A DNA stretch of 64,000 nt, taken from the NCBI GenBank assembly GCA_036722795.1, contig DAIMIK010000001.1, positions 13 through 64,012 of the forward strand, read 5' to 3'. Both the position numbers and the translations under genes were made by a program. Of the stretch, positions 25,616 through 33,243 are shown piece by piece; the first letter of the stretch is position 1; each line of letters starts with the position of its first letter. A model generated the notes under the pieces. The model saw only the letters and a list, made by a program, of their open reading frames with translations. It was not told where the DNA came from and made no database searches. Source of the DNA: Acidimicrobiales bacterium (GTDB taxonomy: Bacteria; Actinomycetota; Acidimicrobiia; Acidimicrobiales; RAAP-2).

Positions 25616-27105
25616 CGACTGCCGGCGATGGTCTTGGTCTCGAGGTACTGCTCGAAGCCCTCGGTGCCGTTCTGGCGTCCGATCCCACTGGCCTTGTATC
25701 CGCCGAAGGGAGAGCCGGCGCTGTAATAGATCCCACCATTGACGCTGACCGTGCCGGCCCGGATTCTGCGGGCCACTGCGAGGGCGCGCTCCTCGGATGC
25801 CGACGTGACGCCACCGGAGAGCCCGTACTCACTGTCGTTTGCGATCCGCACGGCGTCGTTCTCGTCGCGAAACGGGATCATCACCACGACGGGCCCGAAG
25901 ATCTCCCGTCGGGCAATGGTCATCGAATTGTCGACATCGGCGAAGAGCGTCGGCTCGACGTAGTAGCCCTTCTCGAGGTGGGCAGGACGACCCCCGCCGG
26001 TCACGAGGCGAGCGCCCTCTTCGACGCCCTTGTCGATGTAGCCCAGGACCCGCTCGCGCTGGAGTGCACTGATCAGAGGACCCTGGATGTTGGCCGGATC
26101 GGTCGGGTCACCGTAGGCGACGCTCTCCATGGACGCCTTGGCCAACTCGACAGCCTCGTCGTAGCGCTCCTGATGGATCAGGTAGCGGGTCAGCATGGCG
26201 CAGCCCTGGCCGGCATGCATGCAGGTGAAGCCCAGGAACGCCATCTTGGTTTCGAGATCGCCATCCTCGAGAATGATGTCGGCCGACTTGCCACCGAGTT
26301 CGAGAAACAGACGCTTCAGGGTGGGCGCCCCGGCGGCCATGATGCGCCGTCCGGTGGCCGTGGATCCGGTGAACGAGATCAGGTCGACTCGAGGGTCCAC
26401 GACGAGTTGCTCGCCGACCATGTGGTCCGACGATGGGACGATGTTGACGACACCGGCGGGGATGTCGGTGTGCTCGCTGATCAATCGTCCGATTCGAGTG
26501 GCACTCCACGGGGTGTCGGGTGCAGGCTTGATGACCATCGTGTTGCCGGTGGCCAGGGCCTGGCCGAGCTTTCCGAGGATGATCTCGAAGGGGTAGTTCC
26601 AGGGGATGATGGCACCCACGACGCCGACCGGTTCCTTGACGACCCGCTGCCAGCTCGGGATGCCGAAGGCGCTGTTGTCCGGGAGAGCACGCTCCCACTC
26701 GAAGTGGTCGATGTTCTCCGCTGGCCACAGCAGGCCTTCTGCCAGGGGCGCATCGAGTTGGGCGAAGTAGGTGACGGCGATCGGACAACCCACCTCGGCG
26801 ACGAGCTCGGCCCGGAAGAGCTCCTGTTCGGCGACGATGGCGTCGTGGAGTTGGCGGAGGCACCGCTGACGGAGCACGCGATCGATGGACCATTCCGTCT
26901 CGTCGAATGCGCGTCGTGCCGCGGCGATGGCCCGATCCATGTCGACCGTCGTCGCGTCGGTGGTCTGGCCGAGCACTTCCTCGGTGGCCGGGTTGATGTT
27001 GTCGAACTGGCCACCCTCGGCTGCTTCGACCAGCACGCCGTCAACGAGCATGCGGAATTCACCGCCGGAAATGACCTGGGTTCCTGTCGGCGCGGTGGTC
27101 GTCAT
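25612..27105 (-). CDS. NAD(P)-dependent aldehyde dehydrogenase
   Basis: ATG at 27105 follows AGGAG, within ORF 25612..27246. Motifs include LELGGKSA, the GQGC catalytic Cys region, and EIFGPV. Confidence 0.9.
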   Translation of the reverse strand: MTTTAPTGTQVISGGEFRMLVDGVLVEAAEGGQFDNINPATEEVLGQTTDATTVDMDRAIAAARRAFDETEWSIDRVLRQRCLRQLHDAIVAEQELFRAELVAEVGCPIAVTYFAQLDAPLAEGLLWPAENIDHFEWERALPDNSAFGIPSWQRVVKEPVGVVGAIIPWNYPFEIILGKLGQALATGNTMVIKPAPDTPWSATRIGRLISEHTDIPAGVVNIVPSSDHMVGEQLVVDPRVDLISFTGSTATGRRIMAAGAPTLKRLFLELGGKSADIILEDGDLETKMAFLGFTCMHAGQGCAMLTRYLIHQERYDEAVELAKASMESVAYGDPTDPANIQGPLISALQRERVLGYIDKGVEEGARLVTGGGRPAHLEKGYYVEPTLFADVDNSMTIARREIFGPVVVMIPFRDENDAVRIANDSEYGLSGGVTSASEERALAVARRIRAGTVSVNGGIYYSAGSPFGGYKASGIGRQNGTEGFEQYLETKTIAGSR

Positions 27106-27210
27106 GCTGCGACTCCTGTCGAGTGCGGGGCGGATCTGCTGAGTCCAGGATGGGAGGGACGAGGTGGAGGGCGGCCGATCGGACAGGTCCCCGGGTGCTC
27201 CGCCGGCGAT

Positions 27211-27251
27211 GTTCCCCTGGGCCAACCGGAAGTTCCCCCTGGCCAACCGGA
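27211..27251. repeat. Two tandem near-identical 20-nt repeats, 21 nt apart
   Basis: The copies are GTTCCCCTGGGCCAACCGGA at 27211-27230 and GTTCCCCCTGGCCAACCGGA at 27232-27251. They lie 106-146 nt upstream of the ALDH start. Confidence 0.6.
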
Positions 27252-27280
27252 TCGTAACGAGAGGTCACCTGGACGGTCAA
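27251..27280 (-). promoter_or_regulatory. Candidate promoter of the ALDH-PaaI-ECH operon
   Basis: The minus strand reads TTGACC-N18-TACGAT. The tandem repeats begin immediately downstream. Confidence 0.4.
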
Positions 27281-27349
27281 GGGGCGCGCTCCGAGACCGA
27301 GCACTGGCCCGAGCGGCTCCGCGCCGGAGAGGGGCTCCGCTGCAGCGCG

Positions 27350-29103
27350 TCACTGCTCGCGGCGATGCTTGCGCTCTGCTGCCGTCGCCGCGGCATCGAT
27401 GTCCACGGTCATGCCCTCCAGGGAGCCGACGATCACGACGCCGTAGTCGCGAAGCGCGCCTTCGATCGAGACATACTCGTCCCAGACGTCGTCGAGGACC
27501 GCCTGTGGATCGCGGTCGAGCAGGTCCCCCCATCCGCCGCCGCCCCCGAACTCGTAAACCAGTTGTTCGCCCGTCTCGAGCAGCAGATTGGCAACCGAGG
27601 GCGCCACCTCGACCGTCCCCTTCAGCACGCAGCGGTCAGGAGCACCGCTCAGGCCGCCGGCGATGCCGGGGTGGAGATGATGCTGGTTGACCACGTGCTG
27701 GTTCACATAGGTAGGGGTGCGGGCCTCCTTGACGAACAGGCTGCCGCAGGCACCGCGCCATTGACCCGGCCCCCCGAGTCCGTTCGATGGTTCCGGCCGC
27801 GGATGAAGTGGGGGAATAGGCCCTCGTTGAACTCGGCGGTGGCCTTGATGAGATTGCCCGAGGAGGCCGACAGCGCCCCCGACCCGTCGACACCCTTCAC
27901 GGCGATCACCAACCCGGCAGAGACCTCGCCCCCGTGGTCGAAGAAGGACCTCCCGGTCCGAGGGTCGAGGTCCCCCCACATCTGGCGCGGGCTACCGAAC
28001 TTGTAGGTCTGGGGGCTGCACCTCTCGGGGATGACGGCACTCAGCGCCACGGCGATGGCGTCGCTCACTTCGACTCCGGGGTGGTGGGTGCTGCTGGACA
28101 CCGGTTTGCCTTCCGTGGGATTCACGCAGCAGCCGAGCGGGGCGATGATCTCGATCGAGTCGAAGAACCCCTCGTTCTTGGCGATCGTCGGGTCCACCAT
28201 GCTGGCCAGTTGGGCCACGATATTGCCCCGAGTGTTGCCGAACGTCGACCACGCCTGGATCTCAGGGCGGTCGTCCGACCCGGTGAAGTCGACCACGAAG
28301 TGAGCGCCGCTCACGGTGCTGACATGGACCAAGATGTCGGTGTTCCCGGCAGGATCCGCGTCGAAGTAGGTGTCTGCCTCGTAGACGCCATCCGGCCATC
28401 GCTCGATCTCCCGCTGGAGCCTCCGGCGCGAGTCGTCGATCGACCATTCGACCGTGGCCCGTACGGTGTCCGCGCCGTGGTGGCGGGCGATCTCGTGGAG
28501 GCGGGCCACCCCGAGCTGTGCCGCCCCGACCTGTGAGCGGAGATCTCCGATGAAGCCGGACAGCCGGTTGTTGGCCCGCATGAGGGCAACGACGTCGCGG
28601 CGCCCCTTCCCACCGTCGATGATCTTGAGCGCAGGGTAACGGGTGCCCTCGGACCAGATGTCCTTGGCGAACACGTTGTACCCACCGGCCATTGCTCCGC
28701 CGGTGTCACCGTGATGGCACTGGATCGATGGGATGAGCAGCAGGGCACCGTCATCGTCGAAGACCGGCGCGAACACGTTGAAGTCGGGGAGGTGACCACC
28801 GCCGTGGTAGGGGTCGTTGGCCACGATCACGTCGCCAGGTGTCAGGTCGTCGCCGAAGAGGTCGAGGGCGTACTTCACCGGGAGGGTGCTGGACAGCATG
28901 AACTGGGGGATCCCGACGGACAGTGCCGCCAACCGGCCGGCGGCGTCGAGGATGGTGGCGTTCCGCTCGTTCGACTGGTTGAGAATGGGTGTCGTGGCGG
29001 TCCGCGAGATGTAGGTCGCCATCTCGAAGCAGACCGTCTCCATCGCCGAGCGGACGACCTCGGCTGTGATCGGGTCGATGTCCATCGCTGTCGAAGCGGC
29101 CAT
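27350..29103 (-). pseudogene. hyuB: Hydantoinase B/oxoprolinase (HyuB family) with a -1 frameshift
   Basis: The N-terminal ~445 aa lie in the frame of ORF 27703..30228, starting at ATG 29103 after GGAGG (MAASTAMDIDPITAEV). The C-terminal ~140 aa lie in the frame of ORF 27350..27979 (GPGQWRGACGS...GGGGWGD). The two frames join at a C6 run at 27770-27775. Total length is not a multiple of 3. Confidence 0.75.
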
Positions 29104-29288
29104 GGTCGTCCTCCGTGGTCCGTGCCCGCACCCCGTGCCCTCACCCCGTGCACCGGTACTCCTCCGGTGAGTATGGCACGAACCCCCGCAACCTGTCGGC
29201 ACGGCCGCCCGGATTGCGCTACAACGTTGTGGCATGTCGTCCACCGTCATCAGGGCCTCCGGGCCGGCCGTGGCCGGAGCGGGACGCG

Positions 29289-29316
29289 CCCGCCCGCCCG
29301 CAGTCGGGCGGGCGGG
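29289..29316. promoter_or_regulatory. Perfect 12-bp GC-only hairpin, (CCCG)3 cagt (CGGG)3
   Basis: CCCGCCCGCCCG at 29289-29300 pairs with CGGGCGGGCGGG at 29305-29316. It ends 30 nt upstream of the ACAD GTG at 29347. Confidence 0.4.
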
Positions 29317-29346
29317 GTGCCACCCGGTCCCGGCGGGGAGGTGGAC

Positions 29347-30507
29347 GTGAACCTCTCCCTCACCTATGACGAGCGCCGCTTCCGGGACGAGATCCGGTCC
29401 TGGCTGGAGGCCAACGTGGAGCCCGCTCCAGAATTCGAGTCGTTCGACCACGAGTTCGAGTGGGGCCGCCGGTGGCAGGCCAGGCTGGCGGCCGACCGGT
29501 GGGTCGGCATCCACTGGCCCACTGAGTACGGCGGACGCGGCGCCTCTCCGCTCGAGGGGGCCATCTTCAACTTGGAGTACGCCCGCTCGCGCGCACCCCA
29601 ACCGGTCAACCGCACCGGGGTGAACCTCGTCGGCCCGACGCTGCTGGCCCACGGCGACGACGTCCAGCGTGACCGGTGGCTGCGGGGCATCCTCAGCGCC
29701 GAAGAGATCTGGTGCCAGCTCTTCAGTGAGCCGGGTGCCGGATCCGACCTGGCCTCGCTCACCACCCGGGCGACCGAGGTGGACGGTGGATGGCTGCTCG
29801 ACGGCCAGAAGGTGTGGACGAGCTATGCACAGTACGCACGGTGGGGCCTCGCCCTGGTGCGCACCGACCCCGACGCACGGCGCCACCGGGGCATCTCGTG
29901 TGTGGTGGTCGACATGGAGGCCCCCGGCATCGAGGTGCGACCGCTGATGACGATGACCACCGAGGCCGAGTTCAACGAGGTGTTCTTCGAAGAGGCGTTC
30001 GTACCCGCCGACCATGTCATCGGCGGCCTGCACAACGGGTGGTCGGTCGCCAACACCACGCTGGCCCACGAGCGTGGCACCACGTTCCCCTTCAAGGAGC
30101 AGGTGGTGCACGAGGTCTACCTCGAGCAGCTCCTCGACCTGGCCGCGGTATCGGGCGCGCTCGACGACGAGCTCGTGGCCGACCAGCTGGTCGACGCCTA
30201 CGTGAGGCTCCGGGTCCTCCGGCTCCACAATTGGAGGACGATGACTCGCCTGGGCCGGGGCATCGAGCCGGGGCCGGAGTCGAGCGTGGTCAAGCTGACA
30301 TGGACCGACATGACCCAGCAGCTCTCCGATGCCGGACTGGCGGTGCTCGGAGACGCGTCACCGCTGTGGGGGCCCGCCGAGGCCAACCCGGCGCGGGGCA
30401 AGTGGCAGCGACAGTGGCTGTGGAGCAAGGCGGCGTCCATCGCCGGGGGGACCTCGGAGATCCAGCGCACCATCATCGGCGAGCGGATCCTCGGCCTGCC
30501 CCGATGA
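29347..30507 (+). CDS. Acyl-CoA dehydrogenase family protein
   Basis: GTG at 29347 follows GGGGAGG, within ORF 28711..30507. Motifs include WPTEYGGRGAS, FSEPGAGSDLASL and GGTSEIQRTIIGE. Confidence 0.85.
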   Translation: MNLSLTYDERRFRDEIRSWLEANVEPAPEFESFDHEFEWGRRWQARLAADRWVGIHWPTEYGGRGASPLEGAIFNLEYARSRAPQPVNRTGVNLVGPTLLAHGDDVQRDRWLRGILSAEEIWCQLFSEPGAGSDLASLTTRATEVDGGWLLDGQKVWTSYAQYARWGLALVRTDPDARRHRGISCVVVDMEAPGIEVRPLMTMTTEAEFNEVFFEEAFVPADHVIGGLHNGWSVANTTLAHERGTTFPFKEQVVHEVYLEQLLDLAAVSGALDDELVADQLVDAYVRLRVLRLHNWRTMTRLGRGIEPGPESSVVKLTWTDMTQQLSDAGLAVLGDASPLWGPAEANPARGKWQRQWLWSKAASIAGGTSEIQRTIIGERILGLPR

Positions 30508-30537
30508 CCGCCCGCCCCCCGGCCTTCCTCCGTCCGA

Positions 30538-30566
30538 TTGACGGCCCACGGGGGACCGAGTAGAAC
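30538..30566 (+). promoter_or_regulatory. Promoter-like motif TTGACG-N17-TAGAAC upstream of the ALDH
   Basis: The spacer is GCCCACGGGGGACCGAG. It matches the 35796 motif at 21 of 29 positions in identical geometry. Confidence 0.3.
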
Positions 30567-30609
30567 TCAACCGGCCGATGCCCGGATGGGCACCACAGGA
30601 GACCAGTTC

Positions 30610-32052
30610 ATGCGGCACTATCCGCGACTCTTCATCGGTGGGGCGTGGATCGAGCCGGCATCATCGGACACCTTCGACGTCATCGAGGCCCACACCGAGC
30701 TGGTGCTGGGCCGAGTGCCGGCCGCAGGACCGGCGGACGTCGACCGGGCGGTGGCCGCGGCCCGGCAGGCCTTCGACCGGTCGGACTGGTCCCGGTTGCC
30801 CGTGGACGAGCGGATCGCACCGGTGCGGCGGGTCATCGCCGAGTTCACCCGGCGGTCCGAGGAGATGGCCCGGACGATCAGCTCCGAGAACGGTGCTCCG
30901 ATCGGGTTCTCGCGCCTTGGCCAGGTGGGTGCCCCGCTCGACATCATGGAGTCGATGGTCGAGGTGGCGGCGCGGACCCCGTGGGAGGAGCGTCGGACGG
31001 GCCGGTACGCCGAGTACCTCGAGCGTCGGGAGCCGGTTGGCGTCGTCGGCGCCGTCGTGGCCTGGAACGTCCCCCAGGTCCTGATCGCCACCAAGCTCAC
31101 CCCGGCGCTGCTGGCCGGCTGCACGGTGGTGGTCAAGGCCGCCCCCGAGGCGGCGTTGGATGCCATGATGCTGGCCGAGATCGTCGACGTGGCCGGACTG
31201 CCTGCGGGCACGGTCTCCATCCTCACCGGAGGGGTCGAGGCCGGTCGGGCACTGGTGGCGCACCCCGGCGTCGACAAGGTCGCCTTCACCGGGTCGACGG
31301 CGTCCGGCCGCGAGATCGGGGCCCGCTGCGGTGAGGCGGTCAAGCGGGTGAGCCTCGAGCTGGGCGGCAAGTCGGCTGCGGTTGTCCTGGAGGACGCCGA
31401 CCTCGACGTGACGGCCAAGGGTCTCCGATACGCGTCGTTCGTCAACAACGGTCAGGCCTGTGCCGCCCAGACCCGCATCCTCGCCCCCCGTTCGAGATAC
31501 GACGAGGTGGTCGAGATGGTGGCGTCACTGGCGGACGGTCTCACGGTGGGCGACCCGTTGGCCCGTGAGACGAAGATCGGGCCGATGGTGAGTGAGCGCC
31601 AGCAGGACCGCGTGCGCGGCTACATCGACGTCGGATGCGCCGAGGGCGCCCGGTTGGTCACCGGCGGCACCGCTCCTCCCCCGGGGCAGCCGGTCGGCTG
31701 GTTCGTCCGACCGACGGTCTTCGCCGATGTGGACAACCGGATGCGCATCGCCCAGGAGGAGATCTTCGGCCCGGTGCTGAGCGTGATCCCCTATGACGAC
31801 GACACCGACGCGGTCCGGCTGGCCAACGACTCGCGTTACGGCCTGGCCGGCTCGGTGTGGACCGCGGATGTCGACCGGGGCCTTGGCGTCGCCCGGTCGG
31901 TCCGGGCCGGTACCTTCGGGATCAACGGCTATGCGCCCGATCCGCTGGCGCCCTTCGGTGGCTACAAGGAGTCGGGGATCGGGCGCGAGTGGGGAGCTGC
32001 CGGCCTCGACGAGTACGTCGAGCGCAAGGCCATCAACGGGATCGGTGGGTAA
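30610..32052 (+). CDS. NAD(P)-dependent aldehyde dehydrogenase
   Basis: ATG at 30610 follows CAGGAG. Motifs include LELGGKSA, FVNNGQACAAQTR and EEIFGPV. Confidence 0.9.
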   Translation: MRHYPRLFIGGAWIEPASSDTFDVIEAHTELVLGRVPAAGPADVDRAVAAARQAFDRSDWSRLPVDERIAPVRRVIAEFTRRSEEMARTISSENGAPIGFSRLGQVGAPLDIMESMVEVAARTPWEERRTGRYAEYLERREPVGVVGAVVAWNVPQVLIATKLTPALLAGCTVVVKAAPEAALDAMMLAEIVDVAGLPAGTVSILTGGVEAGRALVAHPGVDKVAFTGSTASGREIGARCGEAVKRVSLELGGKSAAVVLEDADLDVTAKGLRYASFVNNGQACAAQTRILAPRSRYDEVVEMVASLADGLTVGDPLARETKIGPMVSERQQDRVRGYIDVGCAEGARLVTGGTAPPPGQPVGWFVRPTVFADVDNRMRIAQEEIFGPVLSVIPYDDDTDAVRLANDSRYGLAGSVWTADVDRGLGVARSVRAGTFGINGYAPDPLAPFGGYKESGIGREWGAAGLDEYVERKAINGIGG

Positions 32053-33185
32053 TGCCGGATCCGCTGCGGGGCGACCGCTTCGACGCCGGTGTCGAGCACT
32101 ACCCGATGTCGGGCCTGGACGAGTTCCTCATCCACAACCACCCCAATCCCGTCCGGGTGATGTGGACGTCGGACGTGCAGGCCTACGAGCGCATGTGGTT
32201 CACCTGCCAGGACCGCACGGGGGACCTGCTCGTCGTCGCCGGCATGGGGATCTACCCCAACCTGGGGACGGCCGAGGCGTTCGCCATCGTCAACCACCGG
32301 GGACGGCACACCACGGTCCGGGCCCATCGCAAGCTCGGGCTTAACCGCATGGACATGACGGTCGGCCCGCTGGGCTTCGAGGTGGTCGAGCCGTTCCGAC
32401 AGTGGCGTCTGCGACTGGACGGCAACGACCACGGGATCGGCTTCGACATCTCGTGGTTCGACACCAAGCGGCCGGTCTACCGCAACCTCGGTAGTGGGAT
32501 GTTCGTCGGAACCCGGCCCTTCGCCGGTGTGGCCGGCTACGACGGATTCGGCCGGCAGTCGGGATGGGTGGCCAGCGGTGGCCGGCGATTCGAACTGACG
32601 ACCGACGCCTTCCTCGGTACCCGGGACCACCACTGGGGCACCCGCGACGGCGTCGGCGGGCCGGCGCTGTGGAGCGGGCGCCAGCACCCCCACTCGGGGG
32701 AGTGGGTCGAATTCGAGGAGTACGGCATCTGGGGGGACCACGTGCTCTACAACCTCGGCGACGAGCGGCGGGGCAGTGGCACCCTGCGCGACCGGCGCTA
32801 CCGGCTCCGATTCGAGCCCGACACCCACCTGCTGCTCTCCGGCGAGATCGACTACGTCTTCTCCGGGGGGGAGGAGCGCACCGCCACGTTCGAGCGCCTC
32901 GGCAACCAGATCGCCTTCCTGCGCTGTGGGATGTACGGCGGACCCAACGGTGGGACGCCCGTCGGTGACATCTGGCACGGTATGGACGTAGGTGACGGGG
33001 TGGTCACCGGCGAGACCTACGACGTCAACGACCCGGCCGTCCGGTCCCACATCTGCGGCCTCGATCAACACCATGCGCGTTTCGTCAGCGAGGGCGAGAC
33101 GACCTACGGCATCGTCGAACCGTACGACACCCTCTGCCACGAGATGGCCGAGCGCGGGGTGGGTGGCTTCTCGATGCTCGGCTGA
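32052..33185 (+). CDS. Conserved-looking hypothetical protein (377 aa, probably all-beta), function unknown
   Basis: ATG at 32052 shares one base with the ALDH stop (TAATG). The protein is Trp/Gly/His-rich with no motif I can assign. Confidence 0.6.
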   Translation: MPDPLRGDRFDAGVEHYPMSGLDEFLIHNHPNPVRVMWTSDVQAYERMWFTCQDRTGDLLVVAGMGIYPNLGTAEAFAIVNHRGRHTTVRAHRKLGLNRMDMTVGPLGFEVVEPFRQWRLRLDGNDHGIGFDISWFDTKRPVYRNLGSGMFVGTRPFAGVAGYDGFGRQSGWVASGGRRFELTTDAFLGTRDHHWGTRDGVGGPALWSGRQHPHSGEWVEFEEYGIWGDHVLYNLGDERRGSGTLRDRRYRLRFEPDTHLLLSGEIDYVFSGGEERTATFERLGNQIAFLRCGMYGGPNGGTPVGDIWHGMDVGDGVVTGETYDVNDPAVRSHICGLDQHHARFVSEGETTYGIVEPYDTLCHEMAERGVGGFSMLG

Positions 33186-33187
33186 GG

Positions 33188-33220
33188 GGCCGGCACCGGT
33201 CGGGCCGACCGGTGCCGGCC
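33188..33220. terminator. Perfect 33-bp palindrome (16-nt arms) between convergent genes; candidate bidirectional terminator
   Basis: The arms are GGCCGGCACCGGTCGG and CCGACCGGTGCCGGCC, separated by a single g. It begins 3 nt after the TGA at 33183-33185. There is no U-tract. Confidence 0.45.
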
Positions 33221-33243
33221 CGGTGCCGGCCCGGTACGGTCGC

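Noticed and set aside
27120-27180. G-tract-rich stretches as possible G-quadruplexes. These are GGGAGGGACGAGGTGGAGGGCGG at this location and GGGCGGGCGGGG at 29306-29317.
   Set aside because: G-runs are ubiquitous at this GC content, the loop lengths are irregular, and the 29306 tract is better explained by the perfect hairpin.
29104-30228. The upstream 375 codons of ORF 27703..30228(-), and similarly 39208..40701 of ORF 38782..40701(-).
   Set aside because: These stretches are antisense to well-supported ACAD and SDR genes. The real starts, with SD sequences, lie at 29103 and 39207.
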